Part shown: in pieces, positions 1-11,070 of the stretch
How positions within the stretch are numbered: position 1 is the stretch's first letter
Layout: the number at the start of each line of letters is the position of its first letter
Assembly (NCBI GenBank): GCA_965242965.1
Contig: OZ251518.1
Coordinates: 3,552,001-3,616,000 of the forward strand
Direction of reading: 5' to 3'
DNA length: 64,000 bases
DNA from: Candidatus Poribacteria bacterium
Lineage (GTDB): Bacteria; Poribacteria; WGA-4E; WGA-3G
Notes under the pieces: model-generated
The model's database searches: none
Seen by the model: only the letters and a program-made list of their open reading frames with translations
Told to the model about the DNA's origin: nothing
Translations under genes and position numbers: made by a program

Positions 1-696
1 GTTGACATCCCACTTCCGCAGCGTGCCCTCTCTGTCCGCTGTCGTCAGGAAAGTCCCGCACGGCGAGAAGAGCAGTGTTGTTACCGATGCCGTATGTCCG
101 GTGAGACAAGCGATGCGTTCACCCGCTGTCAGATTCCAGACAGAAAAGGTGTTTTCAGCTGTCGCGCATGCGAGCAGAACGCCGTCCGGAGAAAAGGCGA
201 TGGGAATCCTCGGAAGAGGCCCCTTTTTAGGGGTATCGTCAACGGGGAATTCCGCAAGCGGTTCTCCGGTTTCGGCGTGCCAGACGTAAACAGTATCGTA
301 GCGGCCCCCGGAACACGCTAAGCGTTGTCCGTCGGCTGAAAAGGCGAGCCGAGATACCTTATTCGCCTGTTTCCGGGTTCGTTCCATTTTGGCGATGCGT
401 TGTTGGCTTGGCATATCCCAGACGCTCACGCCACCGTCCACATTGCCGGTAGCAAGCAAATGCCCGTTCGGCGAAAATGTCACCGCAGAAACCCCGCGTT
501 CGGTATCCCATAACGCGAACGGTTCCATCGTGGACACCTCGTAGAGCCAGAGCCCGATACCACTTCCGACGGCGAGAGTGTTCCTGTCTGGAGAGAATGC
601 CAGTGCCCGCACCAACCCTCTGCCCAATCGTGCAATCGCGCCATCGGGGAGAATCCATGTGGTAATATCGCTATTTGCGCGATGCTGATTTTCCAC
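1..696 (-). CDS. WD40-repeat protein (5' part; runs off the window edge)
   Basis: Not in the ORF track. Manual translation from GTG 696 (GGAGG upstream) gives LPDGAIARLGRG...AFSPDRNTLAVGS...TFSPNGHLLATG...VWD...AFSPDGVLLA...LTGHTASVTTLLFSP...KWD, i.e. repeated WD40 units. Confidence 0.88.
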   Translation of the reverse strand, partial: MENQHRANSDITTWILPDGAIARLGRGLVRALAFSPDRNTLAVGSGIGLWLYEVSTMEPFALWDTERGVSAVTFSPNGHLLATGNVDGGVSVWDMPSQQRIAKMERTRKQANKVSRLAFSADGQRLACSGGRYDTVYVWHAETGEPLAEFPVDDTPKKGPLPRIPIAFSPDGVLLACATAENTFSVWNLTAGERIACLTGHTASVTTLLFSPCGTFLTTADREGTLRKWDVN

Positions 697-715
697 GCGC
701 GCCCTCCGCGTTTGT

Positions 716-1549
716 TTACGGGGTATACCCGCGTTTGACGTTTGCCCAAGTGGTTGCGAGTTTGTCAACCGCATCGACAGCAAAAGTGCCAGAGATGTTT
801 TGGAGCACCTCTGCCTCGGTGAGTGCCTTATCATAAGCGCGGACGATGGCGAATGAACCGTTGAAAGTCCGCCGCCGTTCGTCGAAGGAATTCGCACCGA
901 TGGAGATGTCATTTATCGGTAACGCCTTGTCAAACTCAAAACCGGCTTGGCTGCTGACTTCTTCGCCATCTTGATATGCGACAATCGACTTGTCGTTAGT
1001 GCCGACAATCGTAAGCCAGGTCCACACGCCTTCCTCAAGTTTGAGGTTAAGCGGTTGAACGCCCTGTTTCGCACCTTGCGCATGGACAGAGATGTCCAAG
1101 TTTTGCCCGTTGACTATCCACAGCCGAATTCCCTGTTTCCCTTCCCGCGGGCTGTTTTGGAACCCGGCGAAGTGGTGTTCCTCCACAAAGAAATCGCCGT
1201 TGCGTCGGCAAAGGAACTCAAGCGTCCAGTCCTCAAAAAAGAGAGGCGGATTTTTTGCCGGCGGACCGCCGAAGGTTTGATGGGAATCCTTGGTTGTGTA
1301 ATACTTCGCGTTCGGCAAGTCGATGCCGAGTGCAGGGATTTTGATTGGCCCTTCCTCAAGTTCGGGTGCTTCGTCCGCGGCGGGTAATTCGCCTTCAGCC
1401 GTGCCGAGGTTTGTCCACGCGTCTTTGTGGCCTGGATTATCAGCGGCATCGAGGTAAAGCACCGGGTCTGGAACGATATTAGCATTTGCGATGTTGCACG
1501 CGAGGGATAGGCAAAGTATCGTCGTGCAAAGTGAAATAAGTGTTCTCAT
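716..1549 (-). CDS. Secreted LamG/concanavalin-like domain protein with C-terminal KLATTW tail
   Basis: Signal peptide; LamG-like W-T-W-L-T-I-V...YQDG...IGAN...FNGSFAIVRAYDKALT; tail AVDAVDKLATTWANVK; AGGAGG RBS. Confidence 0.8.
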   Translation of the reverse strand: MRTLISLCTTILCLSLACNIANANIVPDPVLYLDAADNPGHKDAWTNLGTAEGELPAADEAPELEEGPIKIPALGIDLPNAKYYTTKDSHQTFGGPPAKNPPLFFEDWTLEFLCRRNGDFFVEEHHFAGFQNSPREGKQGIRLWIVNGQNLDISVHAQGAKQGVQPLNLKLEEGVWTWLTIVGTNDKSIVAYQDGEEVSSQAGFEFDKALPINDISIGANSFDERRRTFNGSFAIVRAYDKALTEAEVLQNISGTFAVDAVDKLATTWANVKRGYTP

Positions 1550-1644
1550 TTGAGTCTTCCTCCTAGGGTTTGGAAAATAGATATGCCTCCGTTTCTGCTT
1601 GAAAACTATTATAACAGCATTTCAACATTTATTCAAGAGATAAA

Positions 1645-2420
1645 ATAAGGGAATTTCATATTTCGATGTCTTTTTGGTAGGAGAGACCTCCCGGTCTCAA
1701 TTTGTCCGTAGCGCGGGGGCCTGTCCCCCGCGATCGCAGCATGGCGAGGGACAGGCCCTCGCCCTACGGTGCGGGGGGTGGCGTTTTCGCGATCGCTGCA
1801 TGGCCTACGATGAAGGGGGGAGGCGTTTTTTTTTCGTATCGCGGGGGGGCTCGGATGCCAGACGCGCATCCGGGCTGGTTTCCCCCGCGAGTTCCATCGT
1901 CATGATGTGTGTTTCCCTCTCTGTAGTTTGTGATCGCCTGATCACAAACAGGTTAGGATCAGGCAATCCTGACCTACAGGGCCTGGCGCGAGAACGATGA
2001 CGAGGGCCTGTCCCTCGCCATCGTTCGCGCTGCGGAAAAACCGTCTCTTGTTCTCTTCAGGTCCGTAGGACCTGAATGTCTATAGCAGCCGATACGCAAA
2101 ATGCTCTAAGGGCCTTTAGGTCCTTAATAGCTTTTGCCAGGGCCGCGTGTTTTCTTATTAAGGACCTAAAGGACCTTGACAACGGTACGACACGTTTTTC
2201 TATAGACATGTAGGTCCTAACGGACCTAAAACGCCACCTTGTGACGATGGAACAACGCGGGGGACAGGCCCCCGCGCTCCGGTAAAAAACGCCATCCCCT
2301 CACCGTAGGGCGGGGGCCTGTCCCTCGCCATCGTCCGCGCAATCCAATCCTCGCGGGGGACAGGCCCCGCGCTACGGATGCATCGAGACCAGGAGGTCTC
2401 TCCTACCGGGATGCATGGAT
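1645..2420. repeat. Intergenic mosaic of GTAG REP-like hairpins, an about 185-bp palindrome and a degenerate IS-like terminal motif
   Basis: GTAG hairpins at 1677, 1708 and 1923; long AGGTCC/GGACCT palindrome about 2050-2235; the same modules recur throughout the window. Confidence 0.85.
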
Positions 2421-2506
2421 ACCCGGCGCGCCTACCGGCAATTCCCCGTTTTTTGACTGTAGCTGAAGAAAACGCAATCGAAATCAGCAGCCATTGTGCA
2501 TGTCTC

Positions 2507-2677
2507 CTAGCGAGTGTTTTCTGTAACGGCCGAGGGATGTGGGCAGGTAACTTGCCCGGGTCTGTAATCACAATAACCTCTCCACCGGCATCCCTTCGTA
2601 ACTGTTTGAGTCTTTTGACACCGGCTTCGTTCTGAGGCAACGATGAGAACCAGGAGAAAAACGATAAAGGCTTTCAT
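2507..2677 (-). pseudogene. Short ORF or probable gene remnant with signal-peptide-like start (MKAFIVFLLVLIVAS)
   Basis: AAGGAG RBS + ATG at 2677 gives only 56 aa; an overlapping shifted frame (2640 downward) looks more protein-like, suggesting a frameshifted remnant. Confidence 0.3.
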
Positions 2678-2825
2678 AAAACACTCCTTTTAAGAGCGAC
2701 GGGCCATCGGGCAATTTGAAAAAACGAGGGGACAACGAGTAGGAAAGAAGGTATCCGTTCAGAAAACAACGACGATTTGAAAAGGGACCTTCCTTGAAAA
2801 CCGCGCGATGTCAGTTTGATGTTGA

Positions 2826-2899
2826 TGGGCTTATCTGGAGTCGAACCAGAGACCTCGCGCTTATCAGGCGCGCGCTCTAACCGTCTGAGCTATAAGCCC
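2826..2899 (-). tRNA. tRNA-Ile (GAT), CCA not encoded
   Basis: GGGCTTATAGCTCAGACGGTTAGAGCGCGCGCCT-GAT-AAGCGCGAGGTCTCTGGTTCGACTCCAGATAAGCCCA folds as a cloverleaf and is followed by TCA. Confidence 0.97.
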
Positions 2900-2997
2900 G
2901 AAGTAATGTTCTTGAAAGTTAAATAGTTTCAGTGAGTGTGCCCGTTAAGGTTCAGAGCGTGAACAGATGATTTGTGTGAGAAAGCATCTGTTGTATG

Positions 2998-4556
<1,559 letters not shown>

Positions 4557-4653
4557 AGTATTGAAGCACATCTCAAACGCAGGTAAGTGGAAAATCATAC
4601 CCACGTCTTAATTGAGGTGCACTCACAAGCTATAAAATAGGCACGTCACGTTC

Positions 4654-4674
4654 ACTATTTAACTTTCAAAGAAC
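4654..4674 (-). promoter_or_regulatory. rrn leader boxA-like / 16S processing-stem arm (pairs with 2908-2927)
   Basis: Leader GTTCTTTGAAAGTTAAATAGT is complementary, with one bulge, to the trailer ACTATTTAACTTTCAAGAAC downstream of the 16S. Confidence 0.8.
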
Positions 4675-4705
4675 AACTTCACCTTTCGTTGAAAGGTTAT
4701 CTTTA

Positions 4706-4734
4706 ATTATACCCAATAAAAATCCGTTTGTCAA
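4706..4734 (-). promoter_or_regulatory. rRNA sigma70 promoter
   Basis: Perfect TTGACA-17 bp-TATAAT with A/T tracts (UP-element-like) at about 4735-4830. Confidence 0.92.
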
Positions 4735-5029
4735 GTTAAAATGATAAAAAAATGCAGAATTTTGCATAAAAAGACCTTTTTTTTACGATTTTTTCACTTT
4801 TTTTCAAAAAAAAGGTCTTTTTTTTTACGATGCGCGCGGTTTGCGTGCAAAAAAACGCGCATTTTGCGCGCGCGACGGACCAAAAACGCGCGCGGGTGAA
4901 CAATACGCAAAATAAATTGGAATCAGGATTTTTGGGATATGGGGTTCTTTTTCCTCGCGCGCAGGGCTCATTTCTCGCTCACAACGTCTGCATCGCAAAG
5001 ATTCCGGGCGTTTTTCAGAAGATCGAGTC

Positions 5030-5690
5030 CGGCGAGGGCCTGTCCCTCTCCCTACTTTTGGAAATCGCGCATCCGCGAAAAACGTCTCTTCAGGTCCTTT
5101 AGGTCCTGCATGTCTATAGTAGCCCCGACGAAAAAAACACTAAGGTCCTTTAGGTCCTTAATATATAGCAGACGTAACCGATGAGAAGCATTAAGGACCT
5201 AAAGGACCTTGAAGAAGCGGGTGCCTGCGCGTGCTATAGACATTCAGGTCCTACGGACCTAAAGAGCGCGCCTTTTCATCAAGTAGGCATCTTCCCTGAA
5301 AGACTCCCTTTAATTGAGGGTATTTCATAAATCGTTCAACGTCGCGGTGATGAGCGCACCCGTAAAAAACGTCTCTTCAGGTCCTTTAGGTCCTGCATGT
5401 CTATAGTAGCCCCGACGCAAAAAAACACTAAGGTCCTTTAGGTCCTTAATATACAGCAGACGTAACCGATGAGAAGCATTAAGGACCTAAAGGACCTTGA
5501 GGACGCGGGTGCCTGCGCGTGCTATAGACATTCAGGTCCTACGGACCTGAAGAGCGCGTCTTTTCATCGTAGGTCAAGATCGCCTGATCTTGACCCGTTC
5601 GGGAGCGGGCGCTCCCGAACTACAGAGGTGGGTCCGATGCCCCCCGGTAGGAGAGACCTCCCGGTCTCGATGGCTCTCCTACTTTTTTGA
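5030..5690. repeat. REP mosaic with two near-identical copies of the about 185-bp palindrome
   Basis: Copies at about 5085-5270 and 5373-5560; terminal motif TTAATTGAGGGTATTTCATA at about 5310; GTAG hairpins at 5569 and about 5647. Confidence 0.85.
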
Positions 5691-5746
5691 CGATGCGCGC
5701 GGTTTGCATGAAAAAAACGCGCATCGGACGAAAAGGTATGCAGTGC

Positions 5747-6013
5747 CTAGCCGCCACTGATTGCAGGCAGGAAATGAATCTCTGCATCTGCATTGAGGCG
5801 TTCGCGCATACCCTCGCGGGTGGTGAGGATACCATCAATATAGACAGCGATACCGGGTTTGATACGCCCCTCTTCGCATAAGCGCGCTTTGACACCGGGA
5901 TAGCGGTGCTCTAAATTGTCAATGACTTCTCGGACGGTGGTGCCGGGGACGGTGACCTGCTCTTCTCCAGCGGTTAGTTTGCGCATGAGGGAGGGAATGG
6001 CTACGTGTGGCAT
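5747..6013 (-). CDS. MoaD/ThiS family sulfur carrier protein
   Basis: 88 aa from MPHVAIP, C-terminal di-glycine (ISGG). The longer ORF-track N-terminus is REP-derived. Confidence 0.9.
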   Translation of the reverse strand: MPHVAIPSLMRKLTAGEEQVTVPGTTVREVIDNLEHRYPGVKARLCEEGRIKPGIAVYIDGILTTREGMRERLNADAEIHFLPAISGG

Positions 6014-6039
6014 TGAAGATGTTCCTGGCAATGGGTGGA

Positions 6040-6170
6040 TATGGCGAGGGACAAGCCCTCGCCCGAGGGTAAATGGGCGGATAGAGACATCCGCCCTTGT
6101 AGGCGAGACCTCCTGGTCTCGATGCATCCGTAGGGTAAATGGGCGGATAGAGACATCCGCCCTTACAGTA
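6040..6170. repeat. Short REP cluster with a duplicated GGGCGGATAGAGACATCCGCCC hairpin
   Basis: Two identical hairpins at about 6075 and 6141 flank a GTAG REP; may also act as a terminator. Confidence 0.7.
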
Positions 6171-6171
6171 A

Positions 6172-8427
6172 CTAGATTTTGCCCATCGCTTTCAACATCC
6201 GTTCGGGTGACATCGGAAGTTCTGTCATCCGAATGCCGATGGCATCGTAGATGGCGTTGGCGATGGCCGCGGGCGGCGGCACAATCGGCACCTCGCCGAC
6301 ACCGCGCACGCCATACGGATGCCCCGGATTTGGCACCTCAACGATGACAGCGTCTATCATCGGAAGATCCAAGCATGTCGGCATGCGATAGTCAAGGAAG
6401 CTCGCGTTCGTCATCGTGCCTTCGGCATTGTAAATGTATTCCTCATTCAATGCCCAGCCGATGCCCTGCACAACGCCGCCCTGAATTTGCCCCTCAACGT
6501 AACTCGGATGGATGGCTTTGCCGGCATCCTGCGTTGCGGTGTAGCGGAGGATCTGCACCTTGCCAGTTTCCTCGTCTACCTCAAGATCGACGATGTGGGT
6601 TGCGAACGCGCCGCCGGCACCCGGGGGATTCACGGCAGCACTGCCGACGACGGGACCGCCTGTCTCACCGAGTCGCGCCGACAAATCGCGGAAGCTAATC
6701 TGCTCTTCCTTGCCGTTGATGCAGGAGAATTCGCCATCGGCGAACTGCACATCTTTCTCATCAACCTCCCAGAGTTTCGCCGCGCGCGCAATCATCTGTT
6801 TCTTGACATCTTGCGCGGCTTCATAAGCGGCGTATCCGGTCGCGAACGTCGTGCGGCTACCGCCTGTCACTGCAGTGTAACCGACAGAATTGGTATCAAC
6901 AACGCTGGGATTGACAGCCTCCGCTGGGATGCCAAGCACTTCCGCCGCCTGCATAGCGATGGACGCGCGCGTGCCGCCGATGTCCGTGGAACCTTCAACG
7001 AGGTTAATCGTGCCATCGGGATTGACGTTGATGGTGACGCTGGATGCCAAGCCGATGTTGAACCAGAAACCGGATGCGACGCCGCGTCCGTGGTGCTTCT
7101 TGCCATTCGGCGAGGTGTAGTGCGGATGCTGTTTCGCCGCCTCAACGCTTTCAATGAAGCCGATGCGCGGGAAAACCGGTCCGTCTGCACGTTTGACACC
7201 CTCTTTTGCACCGTTCATGATGCGGAATTCCAACGCATCGATGTTCAGTTTCTCCGCGAGTTCATCAATGACAGTCTCTGAACCGAACGCGGCGTTGGTT
7301 GCGCCGGGCGCGCGGTAAGGCGCGGTTTTCGGTTTATTGACGACGACATCGTAGCCGTCAATCAAGACATTCTCAATGTTATAGGGTGCGAAGATACACA
7401 TCGCGCCCGCGCCGACAGGTGAACCGGGGTACGCGCCTGCTTCAAAGTCAAGGCGTGTCTGCGCCGCGGTGAGTTTGCCGTCCTTCGTCGCGCCCATTTT
7501 GACGCTGATGAAAGACGCGGGTGTCGGGCCGGTGGCTTCAAACACGTCAGCGCGGTTCATCAACACCTTAACAGGCCTGCCTGTCTTCTTCGCGAGTAGT
7601 GCCGCGACCGGCTCCACATAGACGTTGATTTTGCCGCCAAATCCCCCGCCAATTTCCATCGGCACCACCTTAATCTTGGAGATGGGATACTGGAGGATTT
7701 CGGCGAGTTGTTCGCGCACGGTGAACGCGCCTTGCGTGCTACACCAAACGGTGAGTTGTCCGTCGGGGTTATAGAGCGCGGTGGCGTTGTGCGGTTCGAT
7801 GTAACCTTGATGGACAGTGCCGGTGACGAACTCGCGTTCAATGACAACATCCGCTTCTGCGAACCCTTTCTCAATATCGCCTTTCTGGTGCTGGAGGTGA
7901 CTGGCGATGTTGCTCGGTTTTTCAGCGGTTTCGCCCATCGAGCTCGTCTTCAGGTTTTCATGGACGAGCGGTGCATCCGGCTCCATCGCTTGACGCACCT
8001 CTAAGACAGGCGGCAGCACTTCGTATGCCACATCAATAAGCGCGCACGCTTCTTCCGCGATGTGTGCATTCGTCGCGGCGACAGCGGCGATGGCGTGTCC
8101 CTTGTAAAGTGCCTTGTCGCTAGCGAGGATGTTGTCGCAGAGGTATTTGAGATTGACTGCGCCTTCACCCAAGTCTGCGATTTTGTCTGCCGCTGTAGGC
8201 AAGTCTTCGGCGGTGACAACGGCTTTGACACCGGGGTATGCCTCGGCGCGGCTCGTGTCAATAGAGAGGATGCGTGCATGTGCATGCGGACTGCGGAGCA
8301 CGATGCCGTGCAGGAGGCCGGCGGTATGGAAATCGGCACCATAGAGCGCACGGCCGGTGACTTTATCAACACCGTCGTGTCGGATGGGCCGGGTTCCGAT
8401 GACTTTGTATTCTTTCTTTTCGGGCAT
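6172..8427 (-). CDS. Xanthine dehydrogenase family molybdopterin-binding (large) subunit
   Basis: KVTGRALY, LRSPHAHA, IEPH, GGGFGGK, YRAPG, VEGQIQGG and GVGE motifs; start MPEKK after GGAGG. Confidence 0.93.
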   Translation of the reverse strand: MPEKKEYKVIGTRPIRHDGVDKVTGRALYGADFHTAGLLHGIVLRSPHAHARILSIDTSRAEAYPGVKAVVTAEDLPTAADKIADLGEGAVNLKYLCDNILASDKALYKGHAIAAVAATNAHIAEEACALIDVAYEVLPPVLEVRQAMEPDAPLVHENLKTSSMGETAEKPSNIASHLQHQKGDIEKGFAEADVVIEREFVTGTVHQGYIEPHNATALYNPDGQLTVWCSTQGAFTVREQLAEILQYPISKIKVVPMEIGGGFGGKINVYVEPVAALLAKKTGRPVKVLMNRADVFEATGPTPASFISVKMGATKDGKLTAAQTRLDFEAGAYPGSPVGAGAMCIFAPYNIENVLIDGYDVVVNKPKTAPYRAPGATNAAFGSETVIDELAEKLNIDALEFRIMNGAKEGVKRADGPVFPRIGFIESVEAAKQHPHYTSPNGKKHHGRGVASGFWFNIGLASSVTINVNPDGTINLVEGSTDIGGTRASIAMQAAEVLGIPAEAVNPSVVDTNSVGYTAVTGGSRTTFATGYAAYEAAQDVKKQMIARAAKLWEVDEKDVQFADGEFSCINGKEEQISFRDLSARLGETGGPVVGSAAVNPPGAGGAFATHIVDLEVDEETGKVQILRYTATQDAGKAIHPSYVEGQIQGGVVQGIGWALNEEYIYNAEGTMTNASFLDYRMPTCLDLPMIDAVIVEVPNPGHPYGVRGVGEVPIVPPPAAIANAIYDAIGIRMTELPMSPERMLKAMGKI

Positions 8428-8501
8428 TGCGAATTTCCTCCGATGCGCGCTTAGCACGCGCGCGTTTGCGGTTGAAGCACCGCGGGAGACAGGCCCCCGC
8501 G

Positions 8502-8969
8502 CTACGCTGATGCCGCGTCAAGCACGGCACGGACGATTTTATCGTAACCGGTGCAGCGGCACAGATTGCCGGCTAACCAGTATCGAACTTCGTGCTCCGT
8601 CGGGTTCGGGTTGGTATCCAGCAGTGCCTTGGCACTCATGATAAACCCGGGTGTGCAGATACCGCACTGGAGCGCGGCGTTTTCGAGGAAGGCATCCTGA
8701 ATAGGGTGCAGCTTATCCGCTGCTGCGAGGCCTTCCACAGTTTCGACAGCTTTGCCCTCAGTCTCTACGCCGAGGACGAGGCATGAATTGACCAGGGTGC
8801 CGTCTAAAATGACACTGCAGGCACCACAATTCCCATTATTGCATCCCTCTTTTGCACCGGTGAGATGAAGTTCATCTCGGAGAACTTCCAAGAGACTCTG
8901 CCGGGCTTCGCAGAGGAATTCAACGGGTTCGCCATTAATCTGGGTTTGAACGTGCGTTTTTCTCGCCAT
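8502..8969 (-). CDS. (2Fe-2S)-binding small subunit (CoxS/XdhC-like)
   Basis: GAKEGCNNGNCGAC, QCGICTPG, NLCRCTGY. Confidence 0.95.
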   Translation of the reverse strand: MARKTHVQTQINGEPVEFLCEARQSLLEVLRDELHLTGAKEGCNNGNCGACSVILDGTLVNSCLVLGVETEGKAVETVEGLAAADKLHPIQDAFLENAALQCGICTPGFIMSAKALLDTNPNPTEHEVRYWLAGNLCRCTGYDKIVRAVLDAASA

Positions 8970-9020
8970 AGTGTGGGCTCCTTTTTTGCGCGCTTGGAAA
9001 GCACGGATTCGGTTGATAGG

Positions 9021-9896
9021 TTAGACATCCAAGATTCGCTGAATGGCTCCCTTGAGGGCGCGCCGGGTTAGCACACCGACGAGGTGCGTTCGCTGTTCGG
9101 CGGTGCCGCGCATATCGCTGATAGGACGCGCGATGGCTTGCGCCGCTGCGGCGGCTTCGTCAATCGCTTCGTCAGAAATCTTTTTCCCAGCAAGTAACGC
9201 GCTCGCTTCCTCTGCAAAGAGCGGTGTCGGGGCAACGGCTGCCAATGCGATGCGTGCAGAGACAATCGTCTCTTTCGCCGCGTCAAGCGTTACGGCTGCG
9301 CCCGCGCCGACGACAGCGATATCCATCTCATTGCGCGGGATAAACCGGAGGTAATAGGAACTGGAATTGCTCGGCGGCTGCGGTATCTTGATTTCAACCA
9401 GCATTTCGCCTTCTTCCAGGACTGTCTGTCCGGGCCCCGTGCAGAATGCCGCGGCTGGGAGTTCTCTCTCACCGTCGGGTCCGGCGATAACGCAGGTAGC
9501 GTTAAGAACGATGAGCGGCGGGATGCTATCCGCTGCAGGCGAAGCGTTACATAAGTTACCGCCAACGCAAGCGCGTCCCTGAATCGCGGTGCCGCCGATA
9601 ATTTTGGTTGCGTCAATTAGGCCGGGGAAACTCTCGCAGATGGACTCCGTGCCGTAAATCCGATGACACGGCACCGCGGCACCGAGTCTCAGTCCATTTT
9701 GCGAGTCGTGCGAGAGGACATTCACTTCGGGGATGGCTTTGATGTCCACCATCCAGTCCACGTCGCGCTTTGCCTCCCTGACTTGCACGATAATGTCTGT
9801 GCCGCCAGCGAGGACGCGGGCTTGTTGTCCTTTTTCTTTCAGCACCGCTACGGCTTCGGGCACCGTTTGCGCGGCGACATATTCAAATGCTTGCAT
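9021..9896 (-). CDS. FAD-binding medium subunit (CoxM/XdhB-like)
   Basis: LAGGTD, GGNLCNASPAAD, PISDMRG. Confidence 0.94.
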   Translation of the reverse strand: MQAFEYVAAQTVPEAVAVLKEKGQQARVLAGGTDIIVQVREAKRDVDWMVDIKAIPEVNVLSHDSQNGLRLGAAVPCHRIYGTESICESFPGLIDATKIIGGTAIQGRACVGGNLCNASPAADSIPPLIVLNATCVIAGPDGERELPAAAFCTGPGQTVLEEGEMLVEIKIPQPPSNSSSYYLRFIPRNEMDIAVVGAGAAVTLDAAKETIVSARIALAAVAPTPLFAEEASALLAGKKISDEAIDEAAAAAQAIARPISDMRGTAEQRTHLVGVLTRRALKGAIQRILDV

Positions 9897-10011
9897 AACA
9901 GGTTCTCCGTTTTGCTCTATTGGAGCGGGTTAAAGAGTTGATGAAAAGTGGTTGCGTCTCTACTATCATATTATAGCAAAAACGCAAAAATATGCAAGCA
10001 TTTTTTTAATT

Positions 10012-10582
10012 TTAACTGAGGGTGTTTCATATTTCGATGGCTTCCCAGTAGGCGAGTTCTCCCGGTCTCGATTTCTTCGGGTAGGAGAGCCCTCCTGGTC
10101 TCGATGCAGTTTGTCCTCTGTCCCTCGCCATCGTTTGCACACTCAACGATCGCGGGGGACAGGCCCCCGCGCTACGGTAAAAAAACGCCCCGGGTTACCG
10201 TAGGGCGAGGGCCTGTCCCTCGCCGTGCCTGTTCCTTGTAAAAGACCGTAGTTCGGGAGCGCCCGCTCCCGAACCGTTTGTGATCAGGCGATCACAAACT
10301 ACAGAGGTGGAAACACACATCATGACGATGGAGTTCGCGGGGGAAACCCGCTCGGATGCGCGGCTGGCATCCGAGGGCCCCCGCGCTACGATAAAAAACG
10401 CCATCCTTTCACCGTAGTACGTGGGCCTGTCCCTCGCCATCGTCCGCGCAATCCAACGCGCGGGGGACAGGCCCCCGCGCTACGGGAACATCGAGACCAG
10501 AGGGCTCTCCTACCGAGGATCTATTGAGACCGGGAAGTCTCTCCTACGGGTGTGCGTCGAAATATGAAACACCCTCATTTAA
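10012..10582. mobile_element. MITE-like composite element: 21-bp terminal inverted repeats enclosing multiple GTAG hairpins
   Basis: TGAGGGTGTTTCATATTTCGA (10017-10037) and its exact reverse complement (10557-10577), each flanked by TTAA one base outside; no coding capacity. Confidence 0.65.
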
Positions 10583-11070
10583 GCCTTTTCGCCGGCCTGC
10601 TGTAATGCTTCATCAATAACCGATTTTCCCAAATAGATTCCGTTCGTCTGCATCTGGGTTAAAAGCGGTTTGATGGTATCAATTAACCCGTTTTCCTTTG
10701 CTTCCAGCAAAACGCCGACGGTGCCTTTAACCGATAATCCGATGTGTTGCGCATACCGTCTTGCTCGTTGCTCATCAATAATGACGAGGCGCGCGTTGTG
10801 TTCTATTGCCAAGGCAATGACTGCGGCCTCGCCCGGGTCAAGTTTTACCGGCATCAAAAGGGATGGCTGAACTGTCTTCGGAAATGTTCGGAGCCACGGC
10901 GAATTTTTCAGTGCATCCTCGCGGGCTGTCGGCTCAACCCTAAGAAACTCATTTTTGACTTCTTCAGGCATCCACACCTCTGTATAGAGTTCGCGTAGCA
11001 GCGGCAGATGGTTGAGCATCCATAGCGCGACGAGTGGGCTATTATTGATTATTACCGGATGTGTGGGCAT
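10579..11070 (-). CDS. DUF3368 family PIN-domain protein (putative toxin)
   Basis: IINNSPLVAL...PEEVKNE...LDPGEAAVIALA...IIDEQRARRYA...GTVGVLLEAK pattern. Confidence 0.85.
   Translation of the reverse strand: MPTHPVIINNSPLVALWMLNHLPLLRELYTEVWMPEEVKNEFLRVEPTAREDALKNSPWLRTFPKTVQPSLLMPVKLDPGEAAVIALAIEHNARLVIIDEQRARRYAQHIGLSVKGTVGVLLEAKENGLIDTIKPLLTQMQTNGIYLGKSVIDEALQQAGEKA

Noticed and set aside
2-749. Five short ORFs listed in the track
   Set aside because: Alternative frames of the minus-strand WD40 gene (1-696), which the track missed because it runs off the edge.
1633-2420. Short ORFs in repeat clusters (VGRGPVPR, MARDRPSP, HRDQEVSPT, KDLKDL peptides), here and in other clusters
   Set aside because: They are translations of REP hairpins, mostly without an RBS. 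The same applies to ORF-track N-terminal extensions at 6127, 17640 and 47542.
6172-9896. Aerobic CO dehydrogenase (coxMSL)
   Set aside because: Gene order is M-S-L, but the active-site loop is PYRAPG, not AYxCSFR (form I) or AYRGAGR (form II); called a generic Mo-hydroxylase.
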